From the NCBI GenBank assembly GCA_028534125.1, contig CM052818.1, positions 36,086,001-36,150,000 on the forward strand: a DNA stretch of 64,000 bases, written 5' to 3'. The stretch is from Lama glama. Its lineage: Eukaryota. Below the pieces are notes generated by a model that saw only the letters and a program-made list of their open reading frames with translations, was not told the origin of the DNA and made no database searches. Below, piece by piece: positions 26,601-40,100 of this stretch. Numbering within the stretch: the first letter of the stretch is position 1; every line of letters begins with the position of its first letter. A program made the position numbers and the translations under genes.

Positions 26601-29600
26601 AAGTACCAGATGGCACTCTGTAACTTCCAGGGTAAAGGTAAGATGAGGATAGTATTTAAGACCCTGTACAGTTAATTCCTCCTTCCTATTTCTTAACCAC
26701 TTTCTCACACTCATATGATGCTTTAGCTGTTGGTCCACTCAGTGCAGTTACAGCATCTTCAATGTGACTTCTCATGCTAAGCCCTTTTTGTGTGAAATGA
26801 CCTTATCCCACCTCTTCACATGGCAAAATTCAAGCCAAGCTTCAGGTGTCTGTCTTAGTCTTACCTTTCCTGTTAGCTCGACCTTGACGGTTCTAGTTCA
26901 GTATTAAAGCAGCTTTTTGTATATATTTCTGGTTAGGATGCTTCACAGATTAACATTGTAAATGCTGGTAGTCATTTTCTAGAGTAAGAGTTCCTTGAGA
27001 ATGGGAATAATACTTTATTCATTGTTTTATTTCCAGTGTTTAGCTTGTTGCCCATTTCCAGTGAGTGGTACACAGTAACTGTTCAAGTAAGATGTTAATT
27101 GAGTGAATGAGTGAAAAGCCTTAGGGCCATGTGGCATATGGTTATGATAGAGCTTTCCTCCTTATATCACTAAGGTATTAAGCACTGTCATTAAATGGAC
27201 ATTTAGAATTGTATTTAAGCCTTCTCATATATATATACTTTGTAGTATCTTTGTCTTTCATTTATGTTTTAGGAGGGCCAAACATGTGGGCTATTACCTC
27301 TGAAGAACGGACTAAGCATGACAAGCAGTTTGATAACCTCAAACCCGCAGGAGGTTATATAACAGGTTTGTTTATATTTTATTTATGAATCATGTTCCTT
27401 TTCATGTAATATCTTACAATTAGCTTTATTTTGACTGCCATCAAATTTGTATTATTAAATGGTAAAATTCGTATCAATCAGAATTCTAGAATTTTTTTTA
27501 AAATGTGGCTTTCTTATTTTACCTGGAACCATCTTAATGTGTTGTTTTGGGATTTGGCACATGGAAGATCTTTTCCTGATCCTAAATGATAGTCAAGAAT
27601 TTCAGTTCAATTGTCTAGTTTCACATTTTAACCTTATATATTTCGGTTTATTTCTTAAGGTAATTGAGACTTTTTCCTAGGCAAATTTATTAATACGCTC
27701 TTAATATATTGTGCCAATTACTAGTATAATGATAAGTATTAGTAAAACCTAGTAGAAATGTATGTATGTATGTATGTATGTATGTATGTATCTCAGATCA
27801 ATTTTCTTGAAAATAATCTAGAGCTTTTCCCCCCCCTGGAATCTGTTTTCTTAACACTTAGCCCTCTGTCTTTGAGAGGCTATATAAGCACTGATTGTTG
27901 ATGCTGGCCCTTGTTTTGCAAAAAGACCCCCAGAACCACAAGAGGATTAATTTAGGTGTGTCTCTCAAATTTTTTTTTATAAATGAAACTTTTTTCCTGT
28001 GTCAAAGCACCTTAGTGCTTTATTTACAGTAATAGTAAGCATAATGGCTAATATTTACCAAATCTGTACTGTATTTTAGATACTAGACTAAATGCACTCT
28101 CTTCTGACTTTCATAACAAGCCTATGAGTATTTAAAGATGGTGGAACTGAGAGTTAGAGGTGTTCTGTAACTTTCCTGAGGTCACAAAGTCAGTTAGTGG
28201 TGATCTGGGCTTGGAAAATTCTCAGTCTGTCTTTGGAATCTATCCTCTTAACCATTATAGTTTAATGTTATTTGCACTTCTGTAATAATAACTGCCTTGC
28301 CTAGTGTCCGGATTGGGATTTGATTTGATTACCCTACTTACAAGGTAAAGCTTGGTTTGTTACAGTCTCATGGATGCTAGTTGAAGACCTAGGATTCCCC
28401 AGTCAGAGACAAAGGACACACTTCACACTTTCTAATGGCATAGCATGAACATCAGCATGTTTATGTCCATTTCCTTCATCCCAGGTCACACAGGGTTCAT
28501 ACAGAGAGCCCAGAAGGATGCTACACATGCAGTGGTTGTGTTATAGGAGAGGAACACTGAGTTTCAGGCAGTACATCATTTTTCAGCAAGCAGTAAGCAA
28601 GCTTGTTCTTTGTCTCAGAGGGAAACATTACCTCATCCCTCGAGATTGCTTACCTGCAAACTCAGTTCTGAGAAATGATCAGGTAGAGAGCAGTTAGAAT
28701 CTTACATTCTTGGCATACATAACAGGACATATAGGATTGTCAGATACCCATGAGGAGTATCTTTCCCAAACCTGATATTTTTTTATTTAGAACTCTTCTA
28801 GGGAATAGTATTTTTAACTGTTGTTTTATTAGACAGGAATATTAGCAAATAAGATCCCAATTATGTGGAAGAACTAAGATGAATAATGTAGTTTTTCATC
28901 CTGATAATGCATATAACTTTAGTTGTGATATTTTTGTTTTAAAACATCTAAGTCTTATTAAAATAATATAATTTTCTTTAATGATTGGAATTACAATTAA
29001 AATAAATCAATAACATTATTACTGTTGGCCATTATTATTATTCAGAGGCATCAGAATAATTCCATTTACTAATACGCTGTTTGATTTTTGTTTTTATTTT
29101 CTTTAGGTGATCAAGCACGTACCTTTTTCTTGCAGTCAGGCCTGCCAGCTCCTGTTTTAGCTGAAATATGGTAAAATGTTTTCTTTTGTAGATGAACTTA
29201 TCTTTCTGATAGTCTGGCTTTGTTTTGCTTTTAATACTTAGTGTTAACATAAAGTTCTTGATGGGTATAGTCAGTTGTTATTAAGTAAGAGTATTTCTTC
29301 AGCCTTTTAGGAAAGAAATTTTATTGAGTAAATGACTAAAAATCAATTGGGATTTTGTTCTGTAGGACAAATTTCTAATTACCTTAGAATTTCTAAGGAA
29401 AGGAGATACACACACTTCTATTGAAAAACATTTCTTTATAATTTGGCAAGAGTCTAGATCTTCATTCTGTTACTTTGAGTTGTTTCATTTATTTCATCGT
29501 CTGTAAACTCAAAATTAGCCCGCTCTTCCCCAGTTCCTACCTTAAAGAAATTGTTCTTTATAATATCTAAGGTTTTGTGTAATGTATTTACAATAAACAG

Positions 29601-31068
29601 CATTTTTCTTTCCATTCAGAATATTCCTATGCCTGGCAGAGTGCCAGCCACATAGCAAGCATTCAGTAGCATTTGAACAAATGAATAAATTGTTTAGAAT
29701 AATTATACTCTTGTATAATTTCTTTCCATCTGCATTGGTGGAATTCATTTCAAAGGTATCTGGATTCTTTATAGACTGATAGTATTGTATTAGATGCTAT
29801 ATCTGGTCAATATTTCTTAATGTACAGGTTTTAGCTTTTTGTTACACGCATACACACACATATTTAATTAAATGATGACCTACTTATAAATGCTGTGTTA
29901 TTGTTTCTATCTTATCATCCTCCTTAAAAGTAATGTTGACCCTGCATACCAATCTACCCACCTCATCGTCCTTTTAGGGCTTTATCAGATCTGAACAAGG
30001 ATGGGAAGATGGATCAACAAGAGTTTTCCATAGCTATGAAACTCATCAAATTAAAGCTTCAAGGCCAGCAGTTGCCCGTGGTTCTTCCTCCTATTATGAA
30101 ACAACCTCCTATGTTCTCTCCATTAATTTCTGCTCGCTTTGGTATGTGCTTATTAATTTAATTAGATGTTTGGATAGTTAAACTTGATTCCTAGGCATAA
30201 TATTTGAGAATGAGGAAAGGATTTGTTGACATAAAATGGCAGTCCCCAGGCGTCAAGTTAATTTTCATGTTTGGGATAAGAAATACTAAGTTTGCTGTCA
30301 CAGCTGGGGTGTCCGTGTGTCCCAGTCTTCCAGGGACAGTTCTGACATAAGCCTGTTGTTCTAGCATCTGGTCCAGTTTGTGTTCCCTCTCAGAATGCCT
30401 AGTTAGATGGTAAATTATATGATCCCTCTAGTTATAGCTGATCCTAGATACTGTTCTTAATTAGTTTCCTCTGTACTCTGTGTGCATAACAAAAAATGTA
30501 GACAATTTTAAACTCACATGAAATGGTTTAATTTGGAGGGTAACTTAAAATTACACATAAGTAGAAATTTCTTTAATTTAAAGGTTGGTTAGCCAGCTAA
30601 ATTTAGGCTTAAAAGTTGCAGACTTTGTGCTAATTGATTTACATATCATCAGAGATAACTTGTTTTTCATTAATTTCAATTAGCTATTATTAGTTAATTG
30701 TGAGAAGCACTTGTTGGAATGTATGTTCAATTAGATATCTCCATGTATCTGAAACGTGTTTTTCCCCTCTAGATGTTAGAAATCTTAAAATACTAAATTC
30801 TTTTAGTATTTGTAGTGAACTCTAGAGATAAATACTAAATCATTGTGTAACAATATTTATATAGTGTAGTTCATATTCTGCAGTTAGTAGGTGAATAAGA
30901 ATCATCAGTTTGTTCCTCTTAAACAATTGTCCTTGAATCCATAAGTGTGTTATAAGAAAAGTGAAACTTGTGGCATGATTTCTTCTTGCACATAATGTGT
31001 ATATAAATGGGTCTCCTAAAGTATCTAGTATTTAGAACATCTTTTGCAGAGGAGGGGAGAGTTTGGGG

Positions 31069-31108
<40 letters not shown>

Positions 31109-34100
31109 ACAGCCCTGTATTTATTATCCCTACACAAAAACCCACATTTAATCAGAAAATACATTCTCTCTTTGAGAATACTAATATTTAATTGTGGAAA
31201 ACTGCTTCGTTTCATCCATGATGCTAGAAGAGAATTTTTAACTTAGTAGGCATTCCCTTAGTTCACACAGGTCAGAATGTTGATATTACAAGCAGTGGTT
31301 TACCTCCTGCACTGCTGAGTCGAAGCTGTTTTAGTGAATTTTTTAAAACTAGTTTGCCCATAGTGTTTCTGTAAACATAGAGGCTGCTCACTGTGCTGTA
31401 AACTTGTTTTCTGTCATGGGATTTTATAATTGATTTACACATTGGAGAATGTGTTCTGTTTTGTTTTTAGGAATGGGAAGCATGCCCAACCTGTCCATTC
31501 CTCAGTCATTGCCTCCAGTCGCACCTATAGCAACACCCTTGTCCTCTGCGACTTCAGGGACCACCCTTCCTCCCTTAATGATGCCTGCTCCCCTAGTGCC
31601 TTCTGTTAGCACTTCATCATTACCAAATGGAACCGCCAGTCTCATTCAGCCTTTATCCATTCCTTACTCTTCTTCAAGTAAGTGCTTTGGGTCTAATGAC
31701 TCAGTATTTCATATGAAGAAAGAAACTGTTATATTTGTGTCCCAATAGATGCAAATTTCCTTCATACTTTGTGATATTGTTTAGTATGAACCTTTTTCTT
31801 TTTTCTTCTTTCTTTCAGCATTGCCTCATACATCATCTTACAGTCTGATGATGGGAGGATTTGGTGGTGCTAGTATACAGAAAGCCCAGTCTCTGATTGA
31901 TTTAGGATCTAGTAGGTATGAATACTGAAAACCTCCAACTTTTTACACTTTCAATAAGGAGTATTTAACAAATGCTTTTTTTTTTAAAGCTCTGAGCTTA
32001 TCCAGGTTTTACTTTATAATGGCTAAATGTAAATGCAGTAAATTTACTATTTACGATTCATGAAAAAAAGTTTTATTTTTAGACTTATTAATTGTGGGTA
32101 TTTTACTTTTGAAAAAATGTTATATGTAAATTAAAAATATTCTGCTATATTTTTTAGTCAGTCAGCTTTTGCCCAAAGCTACATATTTTTCCCTTCAAAT
32201 ACATTTCTCAAAACATCTCATAATCATTGTACATTATTTTTTTCTTGAGCAAATTCATCTGATTGAGTATCCTCTAAATTTCAGAAAGCACAAAAGCATC
32301 AATATTCATTCATCACCCCTCGTATAAATCATAGTAATGCTCTTTAAAACAATGACCCAGAAGAACAGTGTATCCTTGCTTTAAACACTCACTGGTTGTG
32401 TGACCTTGTTTTTCTCAACATCACTGAGCTATAGTTTGCCCATCTAAAAGATGGGGATAGTAATATCTTTTAAGTTTGTCGTGAGGATTAGAAATAATAT
32501 TTGTAAAGGCCGTAGCACAGTGCGGGGCCTGGCACATAGGTTCTTGATACACGGTAGGTCAATACTTCATGTGGTATTTGCTTTCCTAGGAATAAGGATA
32601 ATTGCTTAAATTTTTTCAATATCAGATATAAAAGCAATTAATACTGTGTTATGAAAGTTATGATTCTTAGTGTCTTTGTAAAGGTTTAACTAAATGTATT
32701 TTATTTAATAACATAAAAATTTCAAATAAATTTTATTACAGCTCAACTTCCTCAACTGCTTCCCTCCAAGGGAACTCGCCCAAGACTGGGACCTCAGAGT
32801 GGGCAGTTCCTCAGCCTTCAAGATTAAAATATCGGCAAAAATTTAATAGTCTTGACAAAAGCATGAGTGGATACCTCTCAGGTGAGTGGCATACAGTGCG
32901 TAAGAATGTGAGAGAGTTATGTTTCTTATATGGATGTATATCAAAGAACTTCTATTTGAATTTGTCCTTTGTAACACATCTAAAATTTTAACATCCAAAA
33001 AATTTATCAGGCATTTCATAAATACAAATAACATTTAAGTAGTCTAAGAGTTCAAAGTTCATACCATCAAGTTGAGCACAAAGATATACGCCCCACTTTC
33101 TGGAAAGAAGGCCTCTCCCTTGAGAAGGTCAAACCTCATCCTCCAGTGCAGTGAGTGGAGAGCCTCATGTGATTGGAGAGGGTAGCACTTAGCCTCACCT
33201 TAGCCTCCCTGAGAGTCCCCTTCCTCTCTGGGTCTTTCTCTGGTTGTCCTTTCCTAATGCTTCACGTGAGCTTGTTCATCCTTTATTGGTCCAACTCAAA
33301 TGCAGCCATAAAACCTGACCTTAGACCCCTGTAGAACATTTGAGTCCATGCTAGAACAAACGTCCAAACCTTACTGACTGAGGATAGTGAAGGGGACATA
33401 AACAGAGGGTAATAGGCAAGTAGAATTCCCATCTTCTGACTTTCCCCTCTCTCTTCACTCAGTGAGGAATTATAGTTTAGACAGAGTGAAATAAATGTTT
33501 TAAAATAATAGGGCTTTTAAGTGCTACAGAACATGGAATAGAAGATAATGATACTAAAGAGATCAGGTAAAACATCTTACAGGAGGAGAGCTTTTAAGCT
33601 TTAAGCCCTATCATGAAAGAAAGTTAGGGTTTGGACAGGTAGAGATTGGAGGTGAGGGCATTTGAGGGTGACCAGGAAGAAACCTAAGAGCAAAAAGTAC
33701 ATGGCATGTTTGGCGAACGAAAAGTAGTCTATAAAATAGGAGTATGGAGTGTCTAGTTGTGCAGTGGGGCAAAGGAGCAATAAGACTTGGAATTGATTGG
33801 ACAAGCTAAACTATGCAGTATTTTCTGTAAATATACATAGCCAGGTGATAAAAGGTTTAAAAAAAAAAAGAATTACACACACACACAATTCAGGGTAGTT
33901 GCCTTTTCTGGGAAAGGTATGGAGATAAAATTAGGGAACACAGATGGCTTCAAAGCATGTAGTAATGTTTCTAGTTCTTAAGTTGTGTAGTAGGTTCATG
34001 GGTGACTTTTATTAGTATACTTCATAACTTATAAATTCTCTATATTTTATATGTATCAAATATTATATAACTAATTTTCTGTAAACTTTTATTATATGAA

Positions 34101-37100
34101 GTAAAATATACTATATTTTTGACTAATCTTTTTTTTTTTTGCATTTTAACATCTCTAAAATTGAGATGTATGTTACCATCAGTGGCATCTCAGTAGTGTC
34201 TTAGCATTGTGCTGTGATTTTGTTGACAATGTTTTTTTCCTTCTTAGAGTTACATAAGATAATAATGTGTCTTATAATCGTTGCATCTTAGATTCTGTAA
34301 AATATAGTATTCAAACTATTTAAGATTAACATAAAGTAATGTGATTCCCATATTTGAAAAAGTGAACTTGTTTGAGCCCTACATTTTGCATTAAAGAAGT
34401 TTCTTTTTTCACATTAACAAAAATGGACTAAAAAGACATGTACAGAAGTGTTCATGGTAGGTTCATTCAGAACACCCAAAAAGGAAGACCTTAAATGTCC
34501 ATCAACTGGAGAATGTATAAATAAATAAGGATGTATTTCTATAACAGAATAACTTAACAGCAATAAAAACGAATGAACTGCTGATACATGCAGCAACATG
34601 GATCATTTCACAGATGTTGTATAAGTCAAAGAAGTCTGGTACAAAAGAGCCATACTATTTAATTCACTTATGAAGTCGAAGAACAGGAAGCCAAGTTGAT
34701 GGTGATAAAAATCAGGATAGTGTAGTTACTCTGTTGGAAAGGGCCATGTTAAAACCTTCTGGGGTGCTGGAAACATTCTGTATCTTGACATGAGTGTTGG
34801 TTGCATGTGTGCATACTTATGTAAAAATCCTTTGAGCAGTACATTTAAGATTAGTACACTTTTTATATGTACTACAAGCATAGAGTATAAATAGGGTTGG
34901 GTTTGTGTTGGAATGTGAAGGGCAATGGAGAAGCCAACTGTGAGGAGGTGTTCCCTTAATGTTACTTTATTTGTTATGTGACACATTTTATGAAGGTTTT
35001 GTGTTGTGCTGTTTTCAGAAAATGTTGTTACTCTTAGACCTGCAGGAGGCAGGCTATATATATCCACATTTAAGGGAAGGATTGATTTTTTTTTGAAAAA
35101 ATAAGTGGTTTTTGGTGTCCTGGAACTGAACATGAGCCCCAGGTATATGAGGACGGGGCTATCCTAGACTGACATGGTATGATTGGTTCAGTGAATGTAG
35201 CAGTTGATAGTCTAATTTCTCCCTTTTGTTCCTCCCCTTCTTTTCCCCATAAACTCTCAATCATGGTTTATTTAGATTAATTCATTGACTCAAGTATTTC
35301 CTGAGTCACATATCTTCTGGGCATTCTGTGCAGCACTAAAATGCAAAGAGGAGGAGGACATGGCCCATATCTTTGAAGAGCCTATAGTATAGGTCACATA
35401 ATCACAGTAGTTCATTAGTGGTTTTTAAACCAGGTGCTATAATTAATATAAATTATTAAAGTCACTAACCCTGAGGATGTAAGAGTGTTTCACAGAAGAG
35501 ACGACATCTGAGTTGGATCTTAGAGGACAAGTAGACGTACCAGGTAGACAGTGGAGGGACTAGCATTATAGACACAGGAAATAGGAATCCGGAGGATTGG
35601 CAGACCAGCGGTGTGCGTGTCCAAGTGAGGTTTTCTTCATACAGGGCTCTGTTGCCTCTCTTTGTCTTCTGTGTTACTCAGACTTTGCCTGCACACGTTT
35701 AATCCCTCCACCAGTGCACTTTTAACCATTGCGTCCTTTCCCTTCCTCCTCCTGTTTGCTCTGTTGCCTAGTGACAGGGGTCTCCTTTGTTATCTTTGTC
35801 CAAGAGCTGAAACTATAGTTATTGAACCTTTCTTCAGGTTTGAAATAGCCCTCCTTACATGTTTCTTTATTGGAAGAATCCTTTTAACACTAAAACCTCC
35901 TCAGATCTCACTTCCTGTATGAAATCTATTGAGTAATTAATTGAGGCCATGAGCTATTTCCTGTGTTTTTTCCTTTGTGATTTCTATTAAATGACCAGAT
36001 TAAAAAAAGAATAGCAAAGATTTTAAAGTTATGGAATGTGACATTTGGTTGCATATTATAATATGAGGTGTATTTGAATTTGTTTCATGTAGGATATGTA
36101 GCTTTGATTATTCAGACCTCTGTGTTCAAAGCTCAGTGAAACAATGGGTTTAGCAGCGTCTGTGCTGGCTTTGTAGTGGGAGCTGTTGCTGAGGAAGAGT
36201 TTGCAGATGTATCTCTTCTGTGCAGAGTTGTTTGGACAGGTCTTGACTCAGGCTCTGCCCAGCTAGGGCTGACTCCTCTGACACTTGTGGCTCAGTCACA
36301 TGAGAGTGGAAGGTGTAGCCTCTGCTTTATTGACTGGGAGACCTTCCCTAAAGAAGCTGCAAGTTTCATCGTGGTCAGAAAGCCACAGACAAGCTCACCA
36401 GGAGTGAATGTTCCTTTGCTTTGAAGCAGATAGGTTTTTTTTCTGTTCTGGAAGTATATTCTTTGAAGATCAGGGAGCCTGTTACAGAAACATACTTTTA
36501 TTTTCTCTCACTGAGGGAGAGAAAAGAAGTTAAACAATTTGCCATAAATAGTAAGCATTCAATGAATGTTAGCTATTTTTATTAACAGATGCTATCGCAT
36601 AGGTAGGCCTTCATTGCACCTTAAAGATTACAATCCCAAACTTGGGATTACAACTTTACTCATTACTTTAGCAAATAGTTATTAAGCTTCTATGTGCTAG
36701 GCATGGGGTATACATTCATGGGTAAAGCAGTCAAGGGTATTGTCTTCGTAGAACTTAGCATAATAAGGGAAACAGACAAATAGGTAAATAAGCAAATAAA
36801 TGTTATGTTACAAATTGTGAAATGAGATATGAAGGATACGAGTAGGAAATAAATTGAAAGGTAGAGTGGACAGAGAAGGCCTTTCAGAGAAGGTGACATT
36901 AGATTGTGACTTAACGGGTGAGAAGGACCCAGACATGCAATATGTCGAATTGTAGGACTCGATGGTGGACATGGGTGTACAGGAGAGGGAGGGTTCAGGG
37001 GTAACTTTATGATTTCTGGCTTGAGCCACTGGATGGACTGTGATGCCATTCATAGAGAAGGTAAGATTAGAATGGTTTGGGTGAGAATTAGAAAAAGGGG

Positions 37101-40100
37101 CACGAATGGGGATTGAGAGAGTAGTTTTATACGGTTTTGGTTTGATATGCTTATGAAATACATAATTTGATTTTTCAGTTGGATGAGAAGTCTAAAATTA
37201 GAGGAGAGGTTTGAGCTGTGGATGTACATTTGAGAATCATCATCCTCTAAGTGCTCTTTAAAGTCACAGAGATGGATATGAACACACAGAAACAAAACAG
37301 TGCCCAGGACAGAGCCTTGGCGAATGCTGCCATTTACAGGTCATTTAGAAAAGGAAGAGTAGAGACAGAGGAATGATCAGAGAGAGATGAGAAAATCTGA
37401 AAATGCTAAGGAAGCTGTGCTTTGAGAGCTTGGCCTCTGCTGTGCTGTGCTGCTGGCTCAGTCCTTTATGTCAGTCACTTGTGTATACTGTTACCGTCTG
37501 AAAGGACACAGGAGCACTTGATTCTACTAACTCCAGGTTTTAACTCCTTGGGCCAGGCAATGTGTTTTCATGACTACTGAATGCTCAGTGCTTGGTGCAT
37601 GGTAAAAACTGATGCTGTCTCAAGATAGGAGCAGTATTATTTCATGGGTATAGCTGTTTAAGTTTGCATGACTTTAAAGAGGCTAAAGAATTTTCTTTTC
37701 TTTTTTTTTTAATGTTTTTTTATTCTCTCAATCAGGTTTTCAAGCTAGAAATGCCCTTCTTCAGTCAAATCTTTCTCAAACTCAGCTAGCTACTATTTGG
37801 TGAGTTTGTCCATTAATTATGATTTTTAACTATACATCCTCTAAGAGAGATGTTATTTGTGACTCAAAAATATTCCATAAAAGCAGCCATGTGAAAGTTA
37901 ATGTAACCCTGAAAACAAATAAAATTGTGCAAAATGTTACTCTTGAGAATTTGGCATTTAAGGATTTTACAAGTAAAACCAGTTTGCTTTTATATAATGC
38001 CTTCTATGGAGAATAAGAGAACATCTCATTTTTAATGTAGAGCTAAATGTGATTTGATAGGTGAATTAACCATGAATGAAAACAAGCCACTTTTTCAGAA
38101 GAAATATTTCCCTTTCCACTTCAAAGTTTCTTCCCTTTCTTTGATGATACGAAAATTAAGAATAAAATTAGCTCACTCTTCTGTATGTATTTACATTTCA
38201 CTAAAATATGTTAACCTAGCTGTTTCACTATCATTATTCTTTTTTTAAGAATAAAAAACTGAACTCTTCTGGAAATATTTTACTCCAGATAGACGTTCTT
38301 TCTAGGTTGTGAATTTTCATATTTTCTTTAGGACTCTGGCTGATATTGATGGTGATGGACAGCTAAAAGCTGAGGAGTTTATCCTTGCAATGCACCTCAC
38401 TGATATGGCCAAAGCTGGACAGCCATTACCACTGACTTTACCTCCAGAGCTTGTCCCTCCATCTTTTAGGTGAGTCCTCTGGAGGTGAAGAGGTGTTGTT
38501 TTGATCACTTGGCAGACATGGTTATTAGTTTGGAATTTCCTGGGATCTCTGCTCTAGTTTAGTAGAGAGTTAAACATTTATGCTGCCGTTTGATTTTGGT
38601 ATTTAATGAGTTACACTGAGAAGAGAATAGATTAAATTAGAAATAGGTGTGTTTTCACTATATTATAGGTAAGGAAACTGATGACTAAAGAGATTAAAAA
38701 TAATCTTAGCCAAGAGTAGCAATTGGCTGAATGATGATTTGAATCCAAATCTCTCTGGTGTATGTCATGCCATGTAGTGCTGCATTGTACCAGCAGACCA
38801 TACTTTGTTTTAGTCAGTTTTAATACTATATTTTAAGTATTAAATTGCTCTAGTCATTTGTAGTCTATACAGTCTGGTCTAAAAAAATTCCAAACTGCAT
38901 GATGCTAAATTTATTTATGGTTTGCTTTTCTTAGAGGAGGAAAGCAAATTGATTCCATTAATGGAACTCTGCCTTCATATCAGAAAATTCAAGAAGAGGA
39001 GCCTCAAAAAAAATTACCAGGTAACATTGAATGTCCACAAATGTATAGTGAATTCTTTTAAATTTTGCCTCGAAATAGAAATGAACATTTAGAATTTTTA
39101 CATTCTTAATATTTTATATGCTGTACAAGAAGGTGTTTGATGAATGGGGTGGATTTTGGTGTCAGTAAAATTAAGGTAGGCAAAAATGAAAAGAAGAGTA
39201 TGTAGGAAGGAGAGACCAGTGTCTGTATTTGGCAAGAATCTATGTATTAGATGTCCTAGTTAAAGCGTTTCCCCCACTTTAGGAAAAATTGTTAGAGCAA
39301 GCTTTGTGATGAAATCTTTACCTTTTTTTAAAAAAAAAAGTTAAATATTGGTTGAAAAACTGCATGTGTAGATACTTTAAAATGTTTAAAAAAATTAGTT
39401 ACGTATACTAAATATGACAAATATATAGCCACACAGCTTTGGTTATCCTTGAAAAAAATGCTGAGAAAATAGTTGAAACATATTTTTATTGGCAGGAATA
39501 GTAAAATTATTTTTCTCTCAGATGGACTCAATCTTAGAGATTTATTTTCCAAAAATTAATATTTTTAGAAAAAAATAAATATTTTATTATTTACATGTAA
39601 GTTAAAATTATCCTTAGGAGAAGTATCCAAAGAGTAAGAGGGCTCACATGACCACAAGGCACAAGTATCTTGAAACTAGATTACAGGTTCTGTAGGCTCT
39701 TAATGTGGAAGAATGCTCACAGTATACCTGCTTCAGTTACGTTCGAGGACAAGCGGAAAGCCAACTATGAGCGGGGGAACATGGAACTGGAGAAGCGACG
39801 CCAGGCCATGATGGAGCAGCAGCAGAGGGAGGCAGAACGCAAAGCCCAGAAAGAAAAGGAAGAATGGGAACGAAAACAGAGAGAAATACAAGAGCAAGAA
39901 TGGAAGAAACAACTTGAATTAGAAAAACGCTTGGAGAAGCAGAGGGAATTGGAGAGACAACGGGAGGAAGAAAGGAGAAAAGAGATAGAAAGACGAGAGG
40001 TTATTTTTTTAAGTTATTTTATTTCTTAGGAAAATCATTTCATTTAATAAGTGGCTACATTTCATTTGATAAAAAATGGGCATTTTTGTTGTGCCTTTCC

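Noticed and set aside
39670..40029. 119-aa ORF as a standalone coiled-coil gene
   Set aside because: It is exon 12 (39737-39999) plus flanking intron that happens to be open.
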